A stretch of DNA of 64,000 bases, taken from the NCBI RefSeq assembly GCF_009914755.1, contig NC_060936.1; one strand, given 5' to 3'. The translations under genes and the position numbers were made by a program. Shown here piece after piece: positions 16,528 through 41,006 of this stretch. The notes beneath the pieces were generated by a model, which was not told where the DNA came from, ran no database searches, and worked only from the letters and a program-made list of their open reading frames with translations. Position 1 is the first letter of the stretch; the number at the start of each line of letters is the position of its first letter. This DNA is from the human T2T-CHM13v2.0 reference genome, Homo sapiens.

Positions 16528-17195
16528 TACAAATAAATGGCCTGGAACTCAGACCATACCTATTTGATAGAACGCCATCTTCACAGGTTTGGGTGGGGTA
16601 AACTCTTCGGAATCCTCCAGCCCACAGCGTAAGCGTAGCAGGACTAACACGTCTGGGAAGAGGTTCAGCTCACACAGATGGGATAGTGGCAGGACTCTCA
16701 TTTAGTCACAGTAATTAAAGATGATTGTCAGTTAAGTATACGAAGATGCTCTAACCTTTTTGTTTTTAAGTTCTAGCTTGGAAAATGTGTGATTTTTATA
16801 TATGTCATCACAGTCTTCATTCACTCTGTCACAGAATCAAGACCGATTCCGTGTGCTCTTGACGATTCTGTTACACTCCTGCAGGTACAGTTTCCTTCCT
16901 CTGGGACATGTGATGGCTCCGTGTAAAGGGGATGGGAGGGACTATTTTCTTACCATGAGGTTTACAGGTTTCCATTCCTGTGTTGTTTACAGGTTTCCAT
17001 TCCTGTGTTATGTTCAGAGAATGCACTGTATTTGCATTTGAAATGTGCCTACTTTGACAGTTCCTAGCAATTGGTCAGTAGGAGGCTGGAGCTTGAAAAA
17101 TGCGTAGGAGGAAGGTGAAATAGAATGGGATGGCTGCAAAGAGGAAGAGGGAGTGGGAATCCCAAGCAATTTTCAGTTTTGCTACCACTAAGATT

Positions 17196-17470
17196 CTTTT
17201 TTTGTTTGTTTGTTTTTTGTTTTTTGAGACGAAGTCTTGCTCTTGTCCCTAAGGCTGGAGTGCAATGGCATGATCTCGGCTCACTGGTTCAAGCGATTCT
17301 CCTGCCTCAGTCTCCCGAGTAGCTGGGATTGCCACCACACCCGGCTAATTGTTGTATTTTTAGTAGAGATGGGGTTTCACCATGTTGGCCAGGCTGGTCT
17401 CGAAATCCTGACCTCAGGTGATTCGCCCGCCTCGGCCTCCTAAAGTGCTGGGATTACAGGCATGAGCCAC
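17196..17470 (-). mobile_element. Alu with small deletions
   Basis: Reverse Alu. Confidence 0.92.
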
Positions 17471-17930
17471 TTAAAAATGGTTAAGATGGTAAATGTTATG
17501 TGTTTTTTAATCTCAATTTTTAAAAACGCTTCATGAGGACAGACTTCAAAATTAAATTTTGGCAAGGGGACATTTTTAAGAGAGCCTTTCTCAAACTTGC
17601 TTATGGATATATAATTCTCCAAAAATGGTAATAAATCTGAGATCTTGCCCAGTTGTAAGCCTTGGAAAGAGAGATGGCAATTTTTCCCCAAAGTATGCAA
17701 CCAGAGAAAGACACAGCCTTGAAGAACCATGAAAAAGAAGAAGAAGAACAAGCAGGAAGTTCTCAGGGGAAATAGTGCCAAGTGCAGGCGAGCCTGCCAT
17801 AAGCGACAAGCGTTGATATGTGGTGTCTGAGGGGACAGGCACTTCTTGGGTCCTGCAGGGGTACTCTGAGTGAGGAAGAATGAGAAACAGCGTGGAGCAA
17901 GCCCTTGGGTTCACTCAGGGCTGCGAACTA

Positions 17931-18680
<750 letters not shown>

Positions 18681-18877
18681 TCAAGGCATTATGACTACCA
18701 GGTGCCCAAGCTAGAAATGCCCTATGTAATGCACACATCACAATTACCTGTCCCGCTCATAAATCCACCTTGTTTCCTTTTCCAAAGGCCCTTAAACATT
18801 GCCTTAATACAATTAAGATGATACAGGTTGCCCTGGATGCTGCTGAAGAGGTCCCTTTGGAGTATTTTAAGTACTGT

Positions 18878-19016
18878 TTTCCTTCCTTACCTCCTTTTTT
18901 CCTTCCTTCCCTCCCTCTCTCCCTCCTTCCTTCTTTCGTTCCTTCCTTTCTTCTTTCTTCCTTCCTTTCTTCCTTCCCTCTCCTCCTTCTGTCCTTCCTT
19001 CCCTCCTTCCTTCCTT
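18878..19016. repeat. (CCTT)n-like polypyrimidine simple repeat
   Basis: ccttccttcc units over about 140 bp. Confidence 0.9.
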
Positions 19017-19019
19017 ATT

Positions 19020-21142
<2,123 letters not shown>

Positions 21143-21419
21143 GGTTAATTTCTTTTATATTTACATGTTTTTAGTTTCCTTGTTATGGAAGGAAAAGTGG
21201 TAATTACAAAAATTGTAAGCAGTGCATAAGCAACATATATTTAAATAAATATGAGAATTAAACTGGGCAACTACCACATAGAGCTAGGTTAATATTGCAA
21301 ATCTAAGTTTTACCTCATTTATGATGCCCTACCTCCCCAGCCTAGAGTGATTCCTTTCTTTCATTCATCTCTTAGCATTCATTGTCTATAATGTTTCTTA
21401 AATTATTAAAAATTTTTAA

Positions 21420-22222
<803 letters not shown>

Positions 22223-22279
22223 TCTTGAGCATAATTCTTGCGTTCTGTCCCAGAACTTGAAGACTGAGTTGGGGAATGC

Positions 22280-22510
22280 CTGTGAAACCCACCACTCACC
22301 CATGCAAGCATGTCCATGGGGCAAACCTTGACCAGTGGGGGCAGGAACCAGTCCTTCCTTACCTCAGGTGGATCATTCTGAGGTCATTCTGCATGGCTCC
22401 CCAGAAGGCCCCAGAGACATAGAGTGCCAGTTGCCCACAGTGAACAATTTGAGAAGATGCCTTTATGATGATTTTTCCTCCTTTCCTGTTTCATTCTTCC
22501 CAGTTCCATG
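22280..22510. mobile_element. LTR16-like ERVL LTR fragment
   Basis: ggggcaaaccttgaccagtgg...ccagttgcccacagtg motifs. Confidence 0.5.
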
Positions 22511-22542
22511 AGATCACTCTCTTCCTCCCCCTCCCCACACCA

Positions 22543-23082
<540 letters not shown>

Positions 23083-23529
23083 TCTCTTATATATATATTT
23101 TTTTAAGTCTAAAATAACAAATGATTTCCTGCAACCAGTGATATAAGACGAAGAGGAAAGCGGCCGTTGGGAATTGGAAAGGATTTGCTATGTGATTAAG
23201 ACAGAAATACTTGATTTTTGTATTGCGCTAAGCAAAGGCAATAGCCTGAAAATAGCCACTCTTACTTGGGAGTCACTGTCAGTAAACTGGAAGCTATAAT
23301 TTCTACTGTCTGTCAGTACAGTGCCTTCTTCACAAGAGATTGCTCTATGTGGAGAGTGGGGGGATAATCTTTCATATAGAACTGTGTCATACTCTTTCCT
23401 CTTGCCTTTAAAAAAATTTTTTTAAGTGTACAGTTCAGTGGTTTTTAGTGTGTTCACAAAGTCATGCAATCACCGCCACTATTTAATTCCTAAACATTTT
23501 GACCATTCCAAGCAGAAACCCATATTCAT

Positions 23530-25870
<2,341 letters not shown>

Positions 25871-25897
25871 TAACTTTCTAGATATACTATTTAGGTT

Positions 25898-26337
25898 CGT
25901 AAATCAAAAAGTGTCTGGGAAAGGTCTCAATCAATTTAGAAGTTTATTTTGCCAAGGTTAAGGAAATGCCCGGAGAAAATAACATGGAATCACAGAAACA
26001 GTCTATGGTCTATGTCTTTCTCCAAAGATGATTTTGAAGGCTTCAATATTTAAAAGGGAAAAGTGGGATGGAGAGGAAAGAGGAGGGTGTGGTGATCCAT
26101 ATGTTGCAAGGAAAAGGAGCAGGTAGGGGCACGGTCAATTATGTGTTCATCTGATACTCAGTAAATTGGCACCGTACGTAAGATAAGGTGAACATGCAGT
26201 AGCTACCTGTGGAGGTTGTTAGCTTTTTCTCTGTAACTCTCTGCTTAGGAACAAAAGGAAAGGCTGCTTCTTGCATGACTCAGCTTTCAGTTTTATTTTT
26301 TTTGCTTTCTGCAGAGTGAATTGGGGTGCTGAGTTTT
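25898..26337 (-). mobile_element. MER4-group ERV1 LTR
   Basis: aggtctcaatcaatttagaagtttattttgccaaggttaagg shared with the other MER4 LTRs in the window. Confidence 0.78.
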
Positions 26338-26683
26338 CAATCTCCCAATTAACTTCATAAACTCCTTGAAGGAAGGAACAGTTTTCTACTTCCTAGCATC
26401 TGCCACAGTATCTACATTAAGGCCTACACCTAGTATTTGTATGTGAATGTGTAATTAAGACAATATGTCCTTTATCCTGGGAGTCAGTACAGAAAGTGTT
26501 ACTGTCAGCTGGCTGGTGGACACGTACATATATATAGCTTTCTTTGTTTTCCTTACTTAACATGCTGGAGAAATTCAAGCAGCTGTGGGTGTGTGTATGT
26601 CACGGGGAATAGACACTATGGTGACGGTGGTTGGCGGGTGGTGGTGTAAGGGAGATGAGGATTAGGAAGAGTGGCTTACCTAA

Positions 26684-27029
<346 letters not shown>

Positions 27030-28037
27030 AAATCCGTTCTTATTCAAAATGACAGAGCCAACCTAAGCTACATTCACAGACCAGGAGGACCTTCCCTGTG
27101 CTCTTCAACTCCTCTCAATCTCTTCATGCTTAGAGAGCCTTACTCCAGAGGTTAGTCAGGACTTTCTCAGCTTTAAGTGCCAGAAAACTAACTTAAACTA
27201 ATTTAAGCCTACCCCTGCTCCCCACCCCCCACCAAAAAAAAAAAAAAAAAAAGAAAAGCAGGAGAGGAATGTATTTGGCTCTCAGTATTAGAGCGCCTAA
27301 ACTTCAGGCGGGGCAGGGGTGACGGTCATCAGATTGTGCCCTTGTGCTCAGTGTCCTCCTGACTCGAAGGGCTCTGTTTGATTCTGTCTTGGCTTTATTC
27401 TCAGAAAGGTTCTTGTCACCTGGCAGTGAGATGTTCCCTGGCAGCTCCCTTTCCTGTCATTACTTTGCCATAAACATGAGAAAGCAAGGCAACTAAGTTG
27501 TATTTACCAATCTGCTGGTAACAATAGTAACCTAACATCCAGCTAAAGCTGATCTCATCATGATGGAAACTCTGGAGACACCCTCAGAGTCGCCCACCAC
27601 AACAGTGTGACTACTTTTCTCCACACAAATTCTTGTGAAAATGCTAGGCTCACCAACTTGCAACTCACGTTCAGATAGCAAGCACCGAAACCTGTCTGTT
27701 CTTATTGGCAACATTGGTGAAAATTACCTGTAGAATGCTTGGAAAATAATCGTGTTTCGGGACCTGTTCTTTGACACTGCCTGCTATTCCTTTCCTTCTC
27801 ATATCTTTGCTTTGGTCCTGCTCTTCTGTCCTGCAAGGGGTCTAGTGCTGCTGGGCAGGCATTCCTGGAAGAGGACCTCAGGGTGCAGGAGGCTGAGCCA
27901 GGTGGTGCGCAGGGCATTGTGTAGGGCACACACGTGAGCTCTTTCTTCAGCTGACCCCAGCATTCCTGCTGGGCTCATGGTACTTACATAGCACTTAGTC
28001 TTTTCAATACTAAGAAATGGATCCCTACAATGATGAT

Positions 28038-28887
<850 letters not shown>

Positions 28888-28967
28888 AAAACCAGTAATA
28901 AAAACTAGGATGCCTTCACAAGCTCAGCTCAATTCAAGGATGAGACTTGGAAGTTCTTTTCTTCTAA

Positions 28968-30128
<1,161 letters not shown>

Positions 30129-30826
30129 AAGGTGATCCAAACTTCTAAATTTAAACCTGGTCAACATTATGACAACATATTTGTCAAGGTAGAAGAATAT
30201 AAAATGTTAACAATGTGCTTGCTTAATGTATACATTTTAAATATCAAGTCTAGAGTTTCTTTCTTCGTCTGTGCCTTGGGTCTTGCAAATGTTAGAAGCA
30301 ATTCTCCCTCTCTTTTTTTCCTCTTCTTGCCAACTCTGCTGAGGTCTGGTCTTAGCATTCTCATTAAAAGAAGGGAACCCAAAGCACTTACCTTGCCTTT
30401 TCCTGTCTTGAATTTGTATCAGCTATGCCTTCTATATAGGAGAATCACCGACAGACTCAAACTCTAGTGAGCAGAGACAGCTTGGGAAAGAGTATGATGT
30501 GATTAATGTACTTAAGTCTCATTTGGCAAAAGTTGTTGGGTGTTAAAAGGAAGAAAACAAGCATGTCAGAGTGGGTTAAGAATAGAAAGCTTCATCAGCA
30601 GCTGCAAGAAGCCCAGGCATGATAAGCAGGGGTATGCAACGTGAGTGAGCACTCGCCTCATGGAAAAAACAGCTCACAGCAGGAGCTCACAGAACTTCCA
30701 TTGCCTTTCACTGACAACTTGCATTCATTGTCACACGACCCACCTGGGAGGGGAGATTTATTATGGTTTCTTGAAGATGAGGAAACTGAGGCACAAATAA
30801 CTCAAGTATTTATGGTATGTTAATGA

Positions 30827-31945
<1,119 letters not shown>

Positions 31946-31954
31946 TAATGTTTG

Positions 31955-32117
31955 ACCAGGAACAGTTACAGAATTTACAGGGCCCATTTACAGAATTTCC
32001 ATTCACAAAAGGAAAATGTGGGACCCCTTGTTCAATTACTACGAGGAATTTGAAGACAGTGACAGCGGAGATGGGAACTCTGGCCCTGCATATGTCGCTT
32101 GCCCAGGAAGCCAGCCC
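31955..32117 (-). mobile_element. MER45-like hAT-Tip100 fossil
   Basis: gaatttgaagacagtgacagcggag and terminal ggaagccagccct. Confidence 0.55.
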
Positions 32118-32344
32118 TTTACATGGTACAGGTAAAGCCAGGCATAGACCTCAGGTCTCGTGGTTCCCAATCAGGTGTGTAAATGTCTCAAGCAGACAAG
32201 TGGTTCTCAAACACAGGGACACCAATGCCTGGGGTTCCTCTATTTCTCTATTGGTTAGACTTTTTGGGGTTGCTTTACTGTCATCACTCAAGTTTAAGAA
32301 ACACTGGGGCATCTCTCTTCCTATCAAAGGTCAGTCCCTCCACA

Positions 32345-32812
<468 letters not shown>

Positions 32813-33249
32813 TTTCTCTTCCTGCACCTGTGTCCCTGATGTCATCTCCTGTCACCTTCTCAAGGACTTGGCTTCTTTGATTATCCCTTCCCTTTCCTGT
32901 GTCTTTAACTTCACTCCATCTACCACTATTTACATGCTTTTGTCCTCTTCGACTTCTCGTCTCTCTCCAGGAGCCTTCCTTGTCTCTGATCTCTTCAGAG
33001 GCAACCTTCTCGGGAGAGTTAAGTCTTCACACACTACTCCTTCGCCTTCCATTCCCCTTCCTCCTGTTCCTGCCGTGACTGAAGTGCGAGTCAGTCACTC
33101 TGCTCGCGGAGTTCAATTAACGAGAGTGAGGTCTGGTGGAAAGAAAGTGATTTATTTCCAAAGCTGGCTTAGGGGAAGAGGCACAGGCATCCTGCCTTTA
33201 AATGTGCACTTCTCTTTTGGAGCAGAAAGCAGGCACTTTTAAAAGTCAG

Positions 33250-33436
33250 GGGAGAGAGCAAGCAAGGCAGGGCCTTATCTACTGGGCAGCCGAGCTGGTG
33301 ACTGCTGGCATCTTACTAGGCTGAAAACTCTCCAAGTGGGAGAGAGCAAGCAAGGCAGGGCCTTGTCTACTGGGCAGCCGAGCTGGTGACTGCTGGCATC
33401 TTACTAGGCTGAAAACTCTCCAAGTGGGAGAGAGCA
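33250..33436. repeat. 88-bp tandem duplication
   Basis: 33250-33337 equals 33338-33425 except one base; 11-bp gggagagagca recurs at 33426. Confidence 0.97.
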
Positions 33437-33626
33437 GTGGGCGTGCTTTTTGACTGCTATCTCTCTAGCAGCCTCCTGGAGGGTGAGAGTTCCATTGTGG
33501 GCATACTTCGGTCGGCAAATGGACTGTTAACTCTCGAGGAGAGTTCAGTCTGGAAGCACAGTTAGAAGAACTTGCCCTGTAGGGAGTGTCTGGTGAAGGG
33601 GAAGTAAAAGGCTACATTTGCATTTC

Positions 33627-33911
33627 TTTTTTTTTTTTTTTTTTTTGAGACGGAGTCTTGCTGTCGCCCAGGCTGGAGTGCAGTGGTGCCATCTCGGCTC
33701 ACTCTTAAGTTCCGCCTCCCGGGTTCACGCCGTTCTCCTGCCTCAGCCTCTTGAGTAGCTGGGACTACAGGCGCCCGCCACCACGCCCGGCTAATTTTTT
33801 TTTTTTTTGTATTTTTAGTAGAGACGGGGTTTCACCGTGGTCTCGATCTCCTGACCTCGTGATCCGCCCGCCTCGGCCTCCCAAAGTGCTGGGATTACAG
33901 GCCTGAGCCAC
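33627..33911 (-). mobile_element. Young AluY with 12-bp left-arm deletion (Yd/Yc-type lineage)
   Basis: ttcaccgtggtctcgatc junction, CpG-rich, TSD atttgcatttct. Confidence 0.9.
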
Positions 33912-34349
33912 ATATTTGCATTTCTAAAAGACAAGTAGGAAATGAAGAACCAAGGAAGTGAGAAAAGAAGAGAGAGAGAAAAAAATAATTAAAATATCTC
34001 TTAGAAAAAACTGTGAATACTCGGTTACGCTACCTTGCTTCTGTTCCCATCCCTTCGCTGAAAAATGGATTTTGTCATGTTTCTCAACAATATATAGCTT
34101 GCTTGTTGCTTGAACCTATGAATCTCCACTCATTTCTACTACTGGACCTCTCAGCAACATTCGCCATAGCTGGGAACTCTCTTTTTCTTCAAGCTCCTTT
34201 CTCGGCTTCAATGACCCCACAACCTCCTTGTTTTACTCTTTAGGTCTCTGGTTGTTCCCTTTGTTCTCTTTTGCAGGGCCCTTGTGTTCTACACAAACTC
34301 TAATAGTGTGATAGATGAAGTAACTAAACCATACAGGACTCAGTCCTAG

Positions 34350-34701
34350 TGTATTAGTCCGTTTTCAGCCTGAGACTGGGTAATCTATAAACAAAAGAGG
34401 TTGAATTGACTCACAGTTCTGCATGGCTGGGGAGGCCTCAGGAAACTTACAATCATGGTGGAGGGCAAAGGGGAAGGAGAGACCTCTTCACAGGGTGGCA
34501 GGAAAGAGAGAGAGAGAGAGCACAGGGAAAACTGCCTCTTCTAAAACCATCAGATCTCCTGAGAACTCACACACTATCACAAAACAGCTTGGGTAAACGG
34601 TCCCGATGATCCAATCACCTCCCACCAGGTCCCTTCCTCCACACGTGGGGATTACAATTTGAGATTAGATTTGGGTGGGGACACAGAGCCAAACCATATC
34701 A
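34350..34701 (-). mobile_element. THE1/MSTA MaLR solo LTR
   Basis: tgtattagtcc...aaaccatatca; perfect 5-bp TSD CCTAG at 34345-34349 and 34702-34706. Confidence 0.92.
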
Positions 34702-34706
34702 CCTAG

Positions 34707-35028
<322 letters not shown>

Positions 35029-35084
35029 TAGCCCCTATCTCTTCTCTATTTATACACTCTTCCTAACCACTGAGATGGTGATAT

Positions 35085-36262
<1,178 letters not shown>

Positions 36263-36899
36263 TCATGGAGAAGTATAACTCCAGGGTCTCTTCGTCACCA
36301 CATTACAGACATGAAGACCATCTAAGGTGCCAGCGTTGCTTGCTGCAGCTGTCTCCTCAGGCTTGCAGGAGGGGCAGGGAAGACACTTGAGCTCAGGAGA
36401 GAAAAGAAGCAGCTGGCTGCTGGTGAGATGGGAGGAAGACCTGAGGCAGCTTCATTGTCACTAGAAACCTGACCCTTTTGGGTTTAGCCAGACAATGACC
36501 GCCTTGGCCGGGGAATGTTGGGGGAAAACCTGCCAGGTTTTCAGTCTGCCTCTCAGCCTAGACAACCTCTAAAAGAGGAGTGTATCTCTTGAATTGGCAG
36601 AAATGAGACACAGCAGAGGGGAGAACTAACATTTCTCCTTAGCACACCATGCAGACTGTCAAAATGAGTTGCCGAATCTATTTTATTCTAACCGTGAGAA
36701 AGTAAGGCATCCATAAACAGAGGAGAAGTTATAATTGTGGGGTTTAGAATTTAAGGAGCTCCAAAATGGCTCCTCTAGATAAATTTATCTCTGCTAATCA
36801 TTGTTTACCTTTGCTGTGTTCTTTTATTTTTTATTTTTTTAAGAATGAAATTAAATTTTTCCTTTTCATAAAAATAGTACATGTACATGGTTAAAAATT

Positions 36900-38020
36900 C
36901 CAGCAGTACAAAGGATATACAATGCTAAGCAAGTCTTTCAACAACATAATGTAAAGTCTTCCTAAATTCATCTGTGTCTTTAACCCTATTCCAGTAAAAA
37001 TGCTATCAGAATATTTTAGGCAATGCTAAAGTAAACTGGGAAAAGTAAATGTGCAAAAACATGATGAAAATTCTGAAACAGAGAATAACAGAGGAAGATT
37101 TACCCTAGAAGGTGAAAATATAAAAGTATATAATTAAAAGCTTGGTAGTGGCACAGGCATAGACAGATTAATGGTACAAAGCAGTATGTAGAAATAGCCC
37201 AAATATACCTGGAAATGGAGTATTAAGACAAAGGTAGAATTTTAAGATTTGAGGGAAAAGATTACTAATAAATGGAGTTGAATCATTTACCTTAGTAACT
37301 AGAAAAAAATAAAATTGGATCCCTATCTCATTTCTTATACCAAACAAAGTTCAGATGAATCATATATTTAACATTTAAAAATAAAACCATAAAAGTACTG
37401 AAATAAAACATGGGAGAAATAAAAAAATAATTCTGGGTGATGTTATAAACTGAATTGGATTCCCCAAAATTCATGTTTGAAGCTCTAACCCCCAGTATCT
37501 CAGAATGTGACTGTATTTAGAGATAGGGTCTTCAAAAAGGTAATTAAGTTAAAATGAAGTTGTTAGGGTGGGCCCTAATCCAGTATGACTGGTGTCCTTA
37601 AGAGATCAGGACCCAGGCAAGCAGAGAGACAAGACTGTGTGAAGACACGTGCAGAAGGTACCTGGCAAGTCCCGGACAGAGGTCTCAGAAGAAACCAACC
37701 CTGCCTACACCTTGATCTTGGACTTTTAGTCTCCAGAACTGTGAGGAAATAAATCTCTGTGTTGTTTAAGCCACTCAGCCTGGGTTACTTTATTATGGAA
37801 GCCCTAGCAAACCAATATGGGGATTAAATCTTTCTAAGCAAGAGACAAGGTTCAGAAGCAGTGAAAGAAAAGATTGATAAATTTAACTGCATAAAAATGG
37901 AAAATTTCTTCATAAAAACAAAAACGAACTGCAACAACAATAAAAAGCTCCCCCCATCAACTAAAACACAATAATAAATTGGGAAAACATAATGACCCTC
38001 AAAGAGCTAATTTCCTTAGA
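36900..38020 (+). mobile_element. Ancient L1M ORF2 fragments
   Basis: aaaataaaattggatccctatctcatttcttataccaaa; aaaagattgataaatttaactgcataaaaat. Confidence 0.7.
37441..37817 (+). mobile_element. MLT1A/B-type MaLR LTR
   Basis: tgttataaactgaattg...cagaatgtgactgtattt...ccagaactgtgaggaaataaat...ccctagcaaaccaata. Confidence 0.85.
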
Positions 38021-39607
38021 TTGCCAGATTCATTCATCCTCTCTCTCTCTCTTTCTTCCTTTCAAAGCTGGAATTTCAAATTTTTATACGATATCTCCTG
38101 AAGGTTTCATGTTGAAAACTAACTTGATTTTTAAACACACTGTACAAGCCAACACAGTCTGGGGCTCCTGGTTTGGGATCTCTGGTCTAGACCACCACCA
38201 CAGGGGGCCTTCCCTTCAGCAGATCAGTCCAAAATGGCCTATGAGTCCTTTTTAAGATCTCACTGCCACTGAGTATACAGAATGAAGATTTCATTTTAGT
38301 CATCCAGAATTACACACACACACACAGGCATGCCCGATTATTCTCTCTCACATACAGTATAATTTGGAGCTGTATTATGGAAGGAAACCATTTCCCTATA
38401 TGCAACATAATATGTGTTGATCCTTCCCCTGCCCAAACGGGAACAGTGCTTTAGGTTTTTTTGTGCAGGGCTATGTGAGTCACTTCCTTTCTCCTTGCCT
38501 TATATGGTAGCACCAGGCCCAGAGGCCTACCTGCAGAACCAGGAGCCTTCCCAGAGATGCCTGTTGATGGATGGCTACACTGAGAACCTGAAATAGCGTG
38601 CAAATAACTCTCTTCTCTGTACTTGAAGCCAAATTGCATTCCCAGGCAGACATATCCAGCGGGGAAAGAAGAAACAAGAAAATGAATGATCCACTTGCAC
38701 AAGAATCTCCTATGAGCAAGTGTTAGGTGAGGGTGGGGATAAGATGCCTGTCTCGGGAGACAAGGCTGTACAAATTCATAATTTGAATTTTTATGGTTAA
38801 TTTTATGGTTAATTTTATGGAATTTTATCGTTAATCTTGGATAGTGGGATTTGGGATAAATTTGCTTTTATAATATGTAATTGTATTTTCTGAATTTTCT
38901 ACAGTGAACTCGTATTGCTTTTATGAACAGGAAAAAGAACAACAAATGCCATAAAAATCATGTAGTATATTAATCTTGTCTTCCTAACAAGACTATATAA
39001 GTTCCCTGACAGAGGGAGTCACTTGTGTGTGTATGTGGTATCCTTTCCCATACCTGCGGTGTTGGGCTCATGGCATCCACTTAATGAACGCTTGCTGTCA
39101 GTCATTGATTTGGAGTCTTCTCCAGAGCTAGTCCTGATGGAGGTCACCAGACAAGTCTTGCCTGGGTCAGAATGACCCTTGTGGAACTGACTGGAAAGCA
39201 GATCTGTGGGTTGGACAGGTTTCACCCTGTATTCATTTTGCCCCACAGGCACCAAGATGTGCAATGCTGTATTCCAGGACTCTGCACCAGCAGCCTGTCA
39301 TTTGGTATTATTTTTGACTTCAGTTAGTGTTTGCTGGTTTACAACAGGGTTTCCACTCACAGGTTTAAAACTGATTGTGTTTATCATCTATCAGCTTGAA
39401 TATTATTTCAACCAAGAAACCTCCCCTGATCTCCTTACCTAGAAGTAATCTTTTCTTCCTCTAAGTTTTATTATATGCTTTTTACCTCCACATCATCCAT
39501 CACTTTCTAAATTTGTGTTATAGTTATTTATGCACACATTTCATCTCCCCTCCTAAACTCTGTGTTTCCTAAAATTTGGATCCATTCTTCCATGGCTTGC
39601 TTTGTCC

Positions 39608-39860
39608 TATAATAAGACAACAGCTACCATGGTTCAAGCAGTTACTTGTGTGCCAAGCCCTTTACACGGACAATCCTGCTTAGGCCTCACAACTACTTCC
39701 CATGAAGTATTTTCACCTTCATTTTACAAGTGATAAACCTGAAGTCCCGAAAGATTAATATAATATCTGGTATAATGTGACACAGCTACTGAGTGGTACA
39801 GCCTGGATTTGAATTCAAGTAGCCTGACTTGAGAGTCTCTGCTCTTAACCACTGGGCCAT
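39608..39860 (-). mobile_element. MIR SINE (near full length)
   Basis: cattttacaagtga core; ggatttgaattcaag; gctcttaaccact. Confidence 0.8.
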
Positions 39861-41006
39861 AGCACCCCTGAATAACGCTTTCTGCACATTGTCAGCAGTA
39901 AAGGTGCAGTGGACACCTGTTACGTGAATTCATTAATCAGTTCATTCATGATCCAAGGATGTTGGGCAGCTGTTAGACCATCGCAGTTTCAGATACCTCT
40001 TCTGACCTACACCTTAGGATGGCTAAGGCTCTAAAGGACTTAGGAATAAAATCAGGGTTAGATCCTTTCATATCCAAACCACTATCAAACTGAGTTCTTC
40101 CAAGACTAACATTAGGAACGTTAGAGTTAACCCAAGACACTGCTTCACAGTGCCATGCAGACCTAGCCGAGTCTGATAACTTCCTAAAAAGGAGACGTTA
40201 CACATCTCAAAGAACTGAATTACATAACTCTTTGAACTGTGGTGTTTGTTGTGTGTGTCAGAGGGAGAGGGCAGCCATATCTACCTTGTAGGGTTATTGT
40301 GAGGTTTAATGAGATAATGTGAATTGCCCAGAACAGTGCTTGGTACATAGAAAGAACTTCACACGTTAACACTACCCTCCCCTCTAGCCTCATCCCTGCT
40401 TTGCAGCTAAGCTGAAAGAAGGCACAAAGCCAAGAGGAGAGATGAAAGATGACAGCTGGCAACACGAGAGATGTTAGTCAGATTCCACAAGGTTACGTGA
40501 TTGTGAATCAGAGGTGTCAAGGTCCACTCCCAAGGTTCCAAAGAGCAGCTTCTAGTCTTGCAGGAAAAGTTATAGGCAGGAGAGGGATCAGTGAGAGGCC
40601 TAATGGAAGAAAAAGGAAGTATTTATTCCTAGCAGAGGGTGAAATTCATCCTTGGGATTCTTTTACTGTGATGAGTGACTATTTTGTTGTCCAGAATTGG
40701 ATTGGTTTAAGGGCATTCAAAGATCTACAGATCTCACTGAGTTGTCTGCATTTTACTGAGGAATGGGAAGATTAATTGTGGGCACCTGCCAGTCTAGTCA
40801 TCCCACTTAATGTAACCAGCCCCAGAAAATTCCTCCCTCATTCCAGAAACCACTAAGTCTCTTGACTCTGTGAAGTTTGCACATCTGTCTGGAAAAAGGC
40901 AGTTCAGGTCTCATTTTTCCCAAGCAGTAGAAAAAGCCAATCTCAGTAAAGCTAGAAGTTTGTCCTAAGAATCTGGAAGGTTACTTAAAAGATATTTCAA
41001 TAACCT

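Larger units (their letters stand above)
33074..34029 (-). mobile_element. ERV1 (MER4-group) solo LTR, subfamily uncertain, with internal duplication and Alu
   Basis: Degenerate tg/ca termini, tttatt (AATAAA on minus) near 33151, near-TSD ctgc/ctac. Confidence 0.65.

Noticed and set aside
33250-33436. Direct repeats as a CRISPR-like array
   Set aside because: Two contiguous copies with no spacers, in eukaryotic DNA with no cas genes.
38786-38835. Short aattttatggtt tandem repeat
   Set aside because: Ordinary slippage repeat within degraded AT-rich L1-like sequence.
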